Shown here: piece after piece, positions 10,848 to 18,731 of the stretch
How positions within the stretch are numbered: position 1 is the first letter of the stretch
Layout of the letters: every line of letters begins with the position of its first letter
NCBI GenBank assembly: GCA_965368165.1
Contig: CBDULT010000012.1
Span: 65,349 to 129,348, forward strand
Origin: an uncultured Thalassospiraceae bacterium
Lineage (GTDB): Bacteria; Pseudomonadota; Alphaproteobacteria; Rhodospirillales; JAPHRK01
Reading direction: 5' to 3'
DNA: 64,000 nt
Notes under the pieces: model-generated
What the model was told of the DNA's origin: nothing
Seen by the model: the letters and a program-made list of their open reading frames with translations, nothing else
Database searches by the model: none
Position numbers and translations under genes: made by a program

Positions 10848-12059
10848 TTATGGAGTTATTGCTTTAAGCTCCTCCACAAACATCTTTCGAACTTTTTTAT
10901 ACCCGACTAGTGTCGTCAAAATTCGATAGTTACTTGAATTCTTGCGTATTTGACCAGCAATAATAGATGGGTGAATTCGTTCTTGTTTTGCTAAGCGTCT
11001 TACATCTTTGGCTTTTTTTGTAAAAAGGGCATCCGAAGCCCGTAAGGTACTTTCAGGTATTAATTTTTCAATAGCCCAGTTGTCAGCCTCTTTTTCTTTA
11101 TTGTCGTTGTCGTTGCCATCAAGCTCATCCATGTACCAGCCTTCAACAGTTTGCCCTAAGTGGAGAACCACATGAGCTAATTCATGAAAGAGAACATACC
11201 AGAAATTATCCAGACGATCATGGCGTAGAGTCATGCCAATAACTGGCGTGCCATCTGGTAAAGAGGTTGCTGCACCATCAAGTCGCGTTCGTTCAAAGTG
11301 GTCCTCAAATACTAGGTGAATACCCGCTTGTGCTAAAAATTCCTTTGCGAGTCTAGGGCCATTTTCTAAAGCACTTAGACCTCGTAATTGAGAAATGAAA
11401 GCATCATCAATTGCTTCTTTGTCATAGCTGTTTGGAAGTGTTTGGAATTGGGCTTTGGCAAGTATTATGTATTGCCAAGCTTTTAAGCCATTTACTTCAG
11501 TATTTGACCGTTCAGGAGCAATTGTTTGCCTATAGTGGGGTTGCGCCAATTCTGGTTTTAAAGAAAACTTATCGAAAAAAGCCCCTACTAACTCAGCTGC
11601 ATTTGCTTTAGCTTTTTGCGGGCTTTCAACAATAATATAGTTTCTTTTTTTCATCTGCCATACAGGCAACTCAGGGTATTCAATCTTTTCTAACTGTGTT
11701 TCTCGCAATAAAAGCTCGGCTGGAATACCCAGCCCCTTATGCAGAGCCTTAATCATTTGTTTGCTGAGGTCTCGTTTGCGGTTGCGGATTTCTGATACCC
11801 TCGTAGCGGAGCCGATATATGTGATGAGGTCTCTGTTTTCAAGCCCATTTTGTTCCATATAAAATTCAATCGCATCAACAGGGTCACTCTCTGGTACCGA
11901 TCCAAAAATTTTATCTTCATAATCAGCAATTATAAGCCCCAAGAGAAGCATCCGTTCGTAATTATCCGTTCCTTCATCAGGATTAGCATCAATCAAGCCT
12001 TCCATCTCAATAAGGCGGTTTTCGTATTCTGATTCATTTTTAATTATTGTAATGTTCAT
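10848..12059 (-). CDS. HigA-type HTH antitoxin fused to an ImmA/IrrE (COG2856, M78-like) zinc metallopeptidase domain
   Basis: The N-terminal ~120 aa consist of a helical region plus an XRE-type HTH (ITYIGSATRVSEIRNRKRDLSKQMIKALHKGLGIPAELLL). The C-terminal ~280 aa have HEXXH (YVLFHELAHVVLH) and the downstream KEKEADNWAIEKLIP typical of ImmA/IrrE. The ATG at 12059 (MNITIIKNESEY) lies 25 nt after the higB stop. The ORF-track extension to 12164 would overlap higB. Confidence 0.8.
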   Translation of the reverse strand: MNITIIKNESEYENRLIEMEGLIDANPDEGTDNYERMLLLGLIIADYEDKIFGSVPESDPVDAIEFYMEQNGLENRDLITYIGSATRVSEIRNRKRDLSKQMIKALHKGLGIPAELLLRETQLEKIEYPELPVWQMKKRNYIIVESPQKAKANAAELVGAFFDKFSLKPELAQPHYRQTIAPERSNTEVNGLKAWQYIILAKAQFQTLPNSYDKEAIDDAFISQLRGLSALENGPRLAKEFLAQAGIHLVFEDHFERTRLDGAATSLPDGTPVIGMTLRHDRLDNFWYVLFHELAHVVLHLGQTVEGWYMDELDGNDNDNKEKEADNWAIEKLIPESTLRASDALFTKKAKDVRRLAKQERIHPSIIAGQIRKNSSNYRILTTLVGYKKVRKMFVEELKAITP

Positions 12060-12084
12060 AGCTACTCCCTCCGTCTGTTTGAGG

Positions 12085-12372
12085 TTAAAATTTCTTTTTG
12101 TCATATTCTGCGTGTGTACCAAACCATTTGATGAACACTTGTTTGCCTGGATAATTAATACCAACTAGGAGCCGGTAGCTGTTCCCTTTGATATTAAAAA
12201 TTACTCTGTTTCCACTAAGAAAGGAAACAGAACCGAATTGTTGTTTAATATCATCTGGCCCGTTCCAGTTGGAATGTTTAACAAAATCATACCATACATC
12301 CAGGGCTTTCGCCGCATTTGGGTAATCTCTCTTAGCTCTCTCTATTGTTTTGCGACTAACTATATTCAACAT
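12085..12372 (-). CDS. higB: Type II toxin HigB-family (RelE-fold mRNA interferase)
   Basis: The 95-aa product MLNIVSRKTIERAKRDYPNAAKALDVWYDFVKHSNWNGPDDIKQQF..GNRVIFNIKGNSYRLLVGINY..VFIKWFGTHAEYDKKKF matches the HigB_toxin pattern. Toxin-first order. The ORF-track start at 12432 adds 20 atypical residues. Confidence 0.8.
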   Translation of the reverse strand: MLNIVSRKTIERAKRDYPNAAKALDVWYDFVKHSNWNGPDDIKQQFGSVSFLSGNRVIFNIKGNSYRLLVGINYPGKQVFIKWFGTHAEYDKKKF

Positions 12373-12539
12373 AAAATGCTTTATTACATACCCAAAAAAA
12401 TTAATCAATACAACATTACCAAAATGGGACATTTAGTAGGATATCCGCCCCGTTACAGTTTGATACAAACCGCACATAATGGGGTTACAGTGCGCCTTTA
12501 TGGTCTCCATAGTTTATAAATTAAGGTTGGAGATTTTTA

Positions 12540-13091
12540 ATGGGTATTCGTAATTCATCTGGTGGGTTTGGGGTTTTTGGGCTGGTTATTCATTGGGCCA
12601 TGGCGGTTTTGATGGTGGCGGGGTTTGCTTCCGGACAGATTATGGAAGATGCCGACAAAGTAACTCAAGGGTTCTCTGTGATGGGCTGGCACATTATGAT
12701 TGGGGGTGCCATTCTCGGGCTGGTTATTTTACGCATTTTATGGCGGCATATGGACCCCCCTCCTGCCTTGCCCGGCACCATGCCCGTTTGGGAAGTTAAG
12801 CTTTCCTGGCTGGTCCATATGGCCCTTTATGGGGTGATGATTGCCTTGCCAGTCACCGGGTTTTTAACTCTCACCACTTTGAATGTCTCGGTTCCTGTCA
12901 CCGATAGCTTTACTATGGCCCCTTGGATGCCTTCAGCGTCCCTCAACGATGGGTTTGAAGAAATTCATGAAGCCTTGGTGGGTCTCATGATGGCCTCCGT
13001 CGGCCTCCATACCGTTGGTGCCCTCTGGCATCGTTATGTTAGCAAAGATGGTGTTGCCGAAAGAATGCTACCATTTTTAAAGAGGGCGTAA
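12540..13091 (+). CDS. Cytochrome b561 family protein
   Basis: Four TM helices with conserved His positions (VIHWAMAVLMV, GWHIMIGG, LVHMALYG, GLHTVGALWH). Confidence 0.85.
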   Translation: MGIRNSSGGFGVFGLVIHWAMAVLMVAGFASGQIMEDADKVTQGFSVMGWHIMIGGAILGLVILRILWRHMDPPPALPGTMPVWEVKLSWLVHMALYGVMIALPVTGFLTLTTLNVSVPVTDSFTMAPWMPSASLNDGFEEIHEALVGLMMASVGLHTVGALWHRYVSKDGVAERMLPFLKRA

Positions 13092-13105
13092 GAGCCCTCT
13101 TTATT
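13081..13105 (+). terminator. Possible terminator overlapping the cytochrome b561 stop
   Basis: AGAGGGC / GCCCTCT 7-bp stem with a 6-nt loop, followed by TTATT. Confidence 0.45.
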
Positions 13106-13178
13106 GCCCCTCAAACGCCGGGCGCGCTCTTCGCGCTTGGCTTACGGCAAAATGGTACGCCGGGGCTTCAATGGCCCA
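13106..13178 (+). repeat. Intergenic repeat family A, copy A1
   Basis: GCCCCTCAAACGCCGGGCGCGCTCTTCGCGCTTGGCTTACGGCAAAATGGTACGCCGGGGCTTCAATGGCCCA; aligns with copies at 13657, 26730, 35675, 41538 and 43747. Confidence 0.9.
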
Positions 13179-13249
13179 TTAAAAGAGCTAAAACAATGGG
13201 TTAAAGATAATTTGAGTTAGTTATCTGGTACAGCACCAAAGTTTTTGGC

Positions 13250-13597
13250 TCAATCTAGGTCTCTGAGAAGCCGTTCTAATTTATTCTCATCCAGAGTCTT
13301 AATTTTTTCCGCTAACACGTTGGCAAGTAAGGTGGCCTTGGCAGATAGGCCGGCGGTTTCGATGGGGACGCGGGGGTGGGAGAGATGGGCCAGGCGTTTG
13401 AGTTCTTCGGCATCATCCCAGATCAGGCCGAAATATCCGGCAACCTGCATAACAAACCCAGGGCCAGGTCGACCCCGGTGACCATGCTCTAAAGCCGAGA
13501 TATAGGCCGAGGAGACTTCCATATCTTTTGCCATCTTCTTTAAAGTGATGTTACGAACATCGCGTAACTCACGAATTTTGAGACCAAAAGGGGTCAT
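13250..13597 (-). CDS. XRE-family helix-turn-helix transcriptional regulator
   Basis: HTH ITLKKMAKDMEVSSAYISALEHGHRG. To my recollection this is a conserved small alphaproteobacterial regulator. Perfect palindrome TTCAAGGGCACCCTTGAA (13598-13615) abuts the start codon. Confidence 0.8.
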   Translation of the reverse strand: MTPFGLKIRELRDVRNITLKKMAKDMEVSSAYISALEHGHRGRPGPGFVMQVAGYFGLIWDDAEELKRLAHLSHPRVPIETAGLSAKATLLANVLAEKIKTLDENKLERLLRDLD

Positions 13598-13656
13598 TTC
13601 AAGGGCACCCTTGAATAAAAAATCACCGAAGTTAATGGCAGAAAAATCTTCAATAA

Positions 13657-13755
13657 TAGGCCGTTGAGGCCTTGGCGAACCATTTTGCCGTAAGCCTCGG
13701 GTTCGGGTGTCCCGACGGAAAATTGGCGAAGAGCCCCGCCCGGCGTTTGAGGGGC
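13657..13755 (-). repeat. Intergenic repeat family A, copy A2 (with ~25-nt internal insertion)
   Basis: The reverse complement begins GCCCCTCAAACGCCGGGCG, 19/19 identical to the A1 start, and ends GGCTTACGGCAAAATGGTTCGCCAAGGCCTCAACGGCCTA. Confidence 0.85.
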
Positions 13756-13769
13756 ATCAAAACAATACG

Positions 13770-14381
13770 TCATTTCTTTTTCTTCAACATTACGATGAGG
13801 GCCCCTGTCCCTCCTTGTGAGGGGGTGCCGTAGGAGAAAGAAATAATCTTTTCTCTGTTGGGAGATTGGTTAAGCCAGCGCGGCACTTGGCTGCGCAGCA
13901 CACCTTCTCCCATATAGCCTTTACCTGTTATCACGGTCACGCACCGTTTGCCATTTTCCACAGCCCCCTCAAGATAACGGTCCAAGGCCCGGTGAGCCTC
14001 GTTTTGAGTCATGCCGTGCAGGTCAAGGCGGCCTTCAATGGGGACCTTGCCTCGGCGCAATTTTTGGGCGGTGCGTTTGTCCAGGCCGGGGGCTTTGCCG
14101 TGAGACAACTCCGGGGCCTGTGGTTTTGGGGGCGGCGGTAAATCTAGGGGTCTCGCTTGGGGGTAGGTTGAGGGTTTTGTCTTTTTGCCTGTGGTTGGTT
14201 TGGGGTCTTGGTTCATGTCCCCTTTGCGGTCGGTAATTTTAAGGCGAACCGACTGTTTTTTCATGGGGTCAACATTGCTGGTGACCTTTTTCCACAAAGC
14301 AAGGTCTTCAGGACTAACATCCAGTGGATTCTTTTTCTTGCGGCGGTTTTGTGCCATTTGGCGAGAAATATTTTTCGTCAT
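13770..14381 (-). CDS. Smr/MutS2-family domain protein
   Basis: C-terminal Smr domain LDLHGMTQNEAHRALDRYL..CVTVITGKG..GVLRSQVPRWL; basic and proline-rich N-terminus. Confidence 0.85.
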   Translation of the reverse strand: MTKNISRQMAQNRRKKKNPLDVSPEDLALWKKVTSNVDPMKKQSVRLKITDRKGDMNQDPKPTTGKKTKPSTYPQARPLDLPPPPKPQAPELSHGKAPGLDKRTAQKLRRGKVPIEGRLDLHGMTQNEAHRALDRYLEGAVENGKRCVTVITGKGYMGEGVLRSQVPRWLNQSPNREKIISFSYGTPSQGGTGALIVMLKKKK

Positions 14382-14387
14382 GGCTCC

Positions 14388-15074
14388 TTAAGCCACCTCG
14401 TCGTCTAGAAGCATGATATGCACCCGGCGGGGGCCATGAACCCCCAGGAGCAAGGTTTGTTCAATATCAGCGGTGCGTGACGGCCCGGTGATCCAGTTGA
14501 CGGTACGGGGCATGAAATTGGCCTGGTTGCTTTCACTGCGAATACGTGACCAGGTCTCTTCATAGTTGCCCGAGATGTCTGCCGTTCGGAGCAGGACTAT
14601 AAAGGTATCAGGGAGGAAATTAAGAGCTGTGGGGTTTTGCGGGCCGGACAGCGCGACCACGGTGCCAGATTCAGCCACACCGCCCCAAGCTGCAATCAGT
14701 CCTACATGGTCGGCATCTTCTGCATTGCCAAAGTTTACCGTCAGAGACGCTTCGTTGGCCCAAGGAATTTCTTGTAAAAGTGCCACCGGGGCCGCGCGAA
14801 CAGCTTTAGGCTGGTTAGTGTTTTCCAGATAAACTTTAATCGCCGCAGGTATTTGCTGCACCTCGGTCAAATGGTCCAGGGTGCAATCACATTGGGTCGC
14901 CATTTTGGCGAAGGTCGCGGCCCGTTCTTTAAGATCGCCTTGCCCGCGTGAGGGAATGGTATTGGCCGTCGGATTGGCAAGACGGTGCTCAAGGGCTTGA
15001 ACAGCTTCAGCCTCTAGCGGTCCTCGTTTGAGGGATTTGCGAATGTTTGCCAGCATGATGTCGCGAGAAGGCAT
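14388..15074 (-). CDS. lutC: Lactate utilization protein C (LUD domain)
   Basis: LUD-domain-sized protein; last gene of the lutA-lutB-lutC order, with start ATG at 15072-15074 overlapping the lutB stop at 15074-15076 by 1 nt. Confidence 0.75.
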   Translation of the reverse strand: MPSRDIMLANIRKSLKRGPLEAEAVQALEHRLANPTANTIPSRGQGDLKERAATFAKMATQCDCTLDHLTEVQQIPAAIKVYLENTNQPKAVRAAPVALLQEIPWANEASLTVNFGNAEDADHVGLIAAWGGVAESGTVVALSGPQNPTALNFLPDTFIVLLRTADISGNYEETWSRIRSESNQANFMPRTVNWITGPSRTADIEQTLLLGVHGPRRVHIMLLDDEVA

Positions 15075-16495
15075 CAGCGTTTTCCTCCCCGGTCAGACCA
15101 TTGCTGTTGGAAGGTGCGTCCTTGCGGGGCAGGTAAGTCCCGTCCATCGGTCCAGGCACGTGCGAAAGGTACCCATTTAAAACGTCCTTTTCGCCGCCCA
15201 ATTTTGGCAAGTAAGCTATATTTAAACCCTGCCAGCAGATGATAAAGCTTGGGTCGCTTGGCCATGAAAGCCCAAATGCCGAGAGCCATGCGGCTGATCG
15301 GGGTACTGAGTTTGTTATCATGTTCTCGTTGACGCCACACCCGGTTCATGGTGGGGATAGGAATGCGCAAAGGGCAAACCTCTTCACATTTACCGCACAT
15401 GGTACAAGCGTTGGGCAGGTGTTTTGTTTGTTCGTGCCCAATCAGGTTAGGGATCAAAACCTTGCCCATGGGACCAGAATAAACCCAGCCATATGCATGG
15501 CCGCCGATGGTGGTATAGACCGGGCAATGACCAAGGCAGGAACCGCAACGGATACAGCGCAGCATCTCACGAAATTCGTTGCCCAGCATTTCACTGCGCC
15601 CGTTATCGAGTAAAATAACGTGGAATTCTTCGGGGCCATCCTGGTCATCATCGCGGCGCGGGCCGGTGCTGAAGGTGGTATAGACCGAAAGCTCCTGCCC
15701 GGTGATCGACCGAGCGAGGACGCGCAAGATGGTGTTAGCGTCTTCTAGGGTGGGGACAACCTTTTCGATGGAGGCCAGGACAATATGAACTCGGGGGAGA
15801 ATTTGGGTCAGGTCGCCGTTGCCTTCGTTGGTCACGATGGCGGAGCTTCCGGTTTCGGCAACTAGGAAGTTGGCCCCGGTAATTCCCACATCGGCATTGA
15901 TAAAGCGTTGGCGTAAAATAGCCCGGGCTTCTTCCAGTAATTCCTGGGGTTCTTCAAGAGACCGGTTTGGGTCGAGCTTGGTATGGGCTTCTTTAAAAGC
16001 TTCGGCAACCTCTTCTTTGGGCACATGAATAGCGGGGCCGACGATGTGGCTGGGAGGCTCATTGCGAAGCTGGATAATATATTCGCCCAGGTCGGTCTCA
16101 ATGGGCTCGATCCCATTTTCTTCCAGATATTCGTTGACCCCCATCTCTTCGCCGATCATGGATTTGCCTTTGGTCACCGTTTTGGCATTGGCTGCTTGAC
16201 AAATCTTGAGGACGGTTTCGTTGGCTTCCTGGGTATCCTGGCACCAGTGAACCTGTCCGCCGTTCTCTTTGGCTTTGGCCTCGAAGCGTTCCAGGTAATA
16301 ATCCAGGTTATCAAGAACATCATTTTTAAGGGTAACGGCATCATCGCGGAGGGTATCGAACTCGGGCAAAGCTTTAATGGCCTTGGCCCGCAACATGGGA
16401 AAGCCGATTGATGTTTTGCGTAGGGCTTTTTGCAGAGTTTTGTCGATAAGGGCTTTATCTACATTGGCGTAGAAATCGGCACTGGTGGGTTTCAT
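15074..16495 (-). CDS. lutB: Lactate utilization protein B (4Fe-4S, LUD domain)
   Basis: Two ferredoxin-type Cys clusters (CIRCGSCLGHCP, CTMCGKCEEVCP) plus a LUD domain. 4-nt overlap with lutA. Confidence 0.88.
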   Translation of the reverse strand: MKPTSADFYANVDKALIDKTLQKALRKTSIGFPMLRAKAIKALPEFDTLRDDAVTLKNDVLDNLDYYLERFEAKAKENGGQVHWCQDTQEANETVLKICQAANAKTVTKGKSMIGEEMGVNEYLEENGIEPIETDLGEYIIQLRNEPPSHIVGPAIHVPKEEVAEAFKEAHTKLDPNRSLEEPQELLEEARAILRQRFINADVGITGANFLVAETGSSAIVTNEGNGDLTQILPRVHIVLASIEKVVPTLEDANTILRVLARSITGQELSVYTTFSTGPRRDDDQDGPEEFHVILLDNGRSEMLGNEFREMLRCIRCGSCLGHCPVYTTIGGHAYGWVYSGPMGKVLIPNLIGHEQTKHLPNACTMCGKCEEVCPLRIPIPTMNRVWRQREHDNKLSTPISRMALGIWAFMAKRPKLYHLLAGFKYSLLAKIGRRKGRFKWVPFARAWTDGRDLPAPQGRTFQQQWSDRGGKR

Positions 16496-17277
16496 GTCTC
16501 TTCCCCCTCGCCAATCGCAGGGATATCAGTCATCCCCGCCAAAATTTCTGCCACATGGCGGACTTCCATGGGGGCGTTTTCGCGTTTAAGCTTACCCGCC
16601 ATATTCATCAAGCAACCTAAGTCACCACCAACCAGGGTATGAGCCTTGGTTTCCTGGGCATCAGTGACCTTATCGCGGACAATGCGTTCGGAAATTTTAG
16701 GGTATTTGATGGAGAAGGTGCCGCCGAAGCCACAACATTCTTCTGCCTTAAGGGATTCGGTGAGTTCTAAGCCTTTCACGGAAGAGAGAAGTTTCCGAGG
16801 CTGGTTTTTAATCCCCAATTCACGAAGGCCAGAGCAGGAATCGTGGTAGGTGACTTGCTTGTCGAAAGTCGCCTTAACGGCTTCGACTTTAAGAATATCA
16901 GTCAGAAATGTAGTTAGCTCGTAGGTTTTCCCGGCTAAGGTTTTTGCATCAGCTTGCCACTGGCTGTCACCCTCAAAAAGCAGAGGATAGTGCTGACTGA
17001 TCATAGCCGCACAGGAACCAGACGGTAGAACAACATAATCGAAATCTTTAAAAGCGGAAATAACCTGCTTAGCAATTTCTAAAGAATTTTGTCGATCCCC
17101 TGAATTATAGGCAGGCTGCCCACAGCAGGTTTGGCCTTCCGGCACGGTAATTGTGCAGCCATGGTTTTCGAGCAATTTGATCGTGGCAAAGCCAATGCTT
17201 GGGCGAAATAAATCAACCAGACAGGTGACAAACAACCCCACATCTAGGGGGTGATTATTGTTTGATGTACTAACCAT
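16492..17277 (-). CDS. lutA: Lactate utilization protein A ((Fe-S)-binding CCG-domain oxidoreductase)
   Basis: Two CCG-type cysteine-rich domains (VGLFVTCLVD, GQTCCGQPAYNSG, VTYHDSCSG, ECCGFGGTF). Confidence 0.88.
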   Translation of the reverse strand: MVSTSNNNHPLDVGLFVTCLVDLFRPSIGFATIKLLENHGCTITVPEGQTCCGQPAYNSGDRQNSLEIAKQVISAFKDFDYVVLPSGSCAAMISQHYPLLFEGDSQWQADAKTLAGKTYELTTFLTDILKVEAVKATFDKQVTYHDSCSGLRELGIKNQPRKLLSSVKGLELTESLKAEECCGFGGTFSIKYPKISERIVRDKVTDAQETKAHTLVGGDLGCLMNMAGKLKRENAPMEVRHVAEILAGMTDIPAIGEGEET

Positions 17278-17453
17278 TCAACTAAAATGCGGTTAATTTT
17301 GTGGAAAAGCAAGCTAGAAAAAAACTAAAAAAAACTAAAAAATTGCCTACATGGGGGAGGACAGAATCGTAAAAATAAGCTAAGTTAATGAAAATAAAAT
17401 TTAACATGATGATGGGGTCTTGAATCCCTATTTAAGGATAGTACGCTAAGCCT

Positions 17454-18731
17454 ATGGCAGTATTCGATTTTACCCACCACCGGATTATGATTGCCGATAC
17501 TTGCCAGGATACGGTTGCCAAAGCGCGGACCGCTTATGCGCTCCAAGGCCTCACTAATTTTACCAGCTTTGAGTCTGGCTCAGAGGCTCTAAATGCCATT
17601 GATGTTTTTGACCCGGATGTGGTTATTGTTGGTATCGAGCTTAAAGATATTGATGGCATCGAACTGCTAGGTAAGATCCGCTCACACAATGGCGGTAAGT
17701 TTGCCAAGCTGCCAACGCTCCTCATGTTCGACAAAGATCATCAAAACCGATTGAAAGAAGCCAGTAAACTTGGCGTGGGGGGGGCCCTTCGCAAACCCCT
17801 CCAATCGGGCAAGCTTTTACGCATGACCCAAGTGGCTATTGAAAAAAGCCAACTTTCCACCTCTCCGCGAGTTGATACCTTTAAATTGGTTGAAGGGTCA
17901 GGGCCGATTGTTTCTGACGCGCCAAAACAACCAAAGAAGAAAGAAAAAAACCTTTCTTTAGATGGTGCCATGAAAATCGCCCAGACGGCCGGAGCTGAAC
18001 TTAAAAAAGACAAGCCAAAACCTCCGGCGAACCCCCTGGCGAAATCAAAGATTAAACCAAAGGCAAAAGCTCAGGTTAAAGTGGCCCCTGCCGTCGTTGA
18101 GAAAAAAACAGCCCCCCCAAAACTCGTCCCTAAGCCAGAAATTAAAAAAACGGCTGAAGCAGTAAGGGCCAAACCCAAAGAGGCTCCGCAAAAAGCTAAG
18201 GTTGAGGTTGAAGCACCAATTGATTTGGGTGAAGTGCTTGATGCACATCGCCATTGGGTCGATACGGCTCATAAAGAGGGCAAACGGGCCGCTTTGAAAG
18301 CGGTTGATTTGCGGGATCAGGAACTCACAAAGGCTGACCTCACGGGAATTCAGATTGTCGGCGGCCTCTTTAAAGGCATGGATCTTTCCGAGATTACCCT
18401 TCGTAAATCCAACCTCAGCGGCTCCAACTTTACGGGGGCAACCATGATCAGAGCAAACTTAGCCGTTTGTCGCTTGAAGATGGTTAAGTTAAAAAAAACC
18501 AATCTGAGTCTCTCTGATATGCGCGGTGCTGATCTTTCTAAAGCAGACCTCACAGAGGCCAACCTCTCCAATTGCGATTTGGGGGGAGCTCACTTGGAGG
18601 GGACCAACTTAAAAGGGGCGAACCTGTCGACAGCCAAGGGCTTAATTGTCAGTCAAATCAAACGGGCTATCTACGACAATAGCACCAAAATGCCCGCTTA
18701 TCTCTTAAAACAAAACAAAAAGAGTGCCTAG
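17454..18731 (+). CDS. Degenerate receiver (pseudo-receiver) domain, K/P/A-rich linker and pentapeptide-repeat domain protein
   Basis: The N-terminal CheY-like fold has MIADT in place of the DD pocket, VVIVGIELKDIDG with Gly where the phospho-Asp is expected, and LRKPL with the Lys kept. A low-complexity linker of about 100 aa follows. The C-terminus has about 20 A(D/N)LXX pentapeptides (ADLSKADLTEANLSNCDLGGAHLEGTNLKGANLS). Confidence 0.8.
   Translation: MAVFDFTHHRIMIADTCQDTVAKARTAYALQGLTNFTSFESGSEALNAIDVFDPDVVIVGIELKDIDGIELLGKIRSHNGGKFAKLPTLLMFDKDHQNRLKEASKLGVGGALRKPLQSGKLLRMTQVAIEKSQLSTSPRVDTFKLVEGSGPIVSDAPKQPKKKEKNLSLDGAMKIAQTAGAELKKDKPKPPANPLAKSKIKPKAKAQVKVAPAVVEKKTAPPKLVPKPEIKKTAEAVRAKPKEAPQKAKVEVEAPIDLGEVLDAHRHWVDTAHKEGKRAALKAVDLRDQELTKADLTGIQIVGGLFKGMDLSEITLRKSNLSGSNFTGATMIRANLAVCRLKMVKLKKTNLSLSDMRGADLSKADLTEANLSNCDLGGAHLEGTNLKGANLSTAKGLIVSQIKRAIYDNSTKMPAYLLKQNKKSA

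Noticed and set aside
17317-17342. Tandem AAAAAAACT repeats in the lutA / pentapeptide-gene divergent promoter.
   Set aside because: There are only two to three units of an A-tract. This is most simply promoter-region AT-richness or DNA curvature and not a distinct repeat element.
18728-18731. Convergent genes whose stop codons overlap within CTAG.
   Set aside because: This is real but trivial. A palindromic tetranucleotide supplies TAG on both strands, and no functional implication can be supported.
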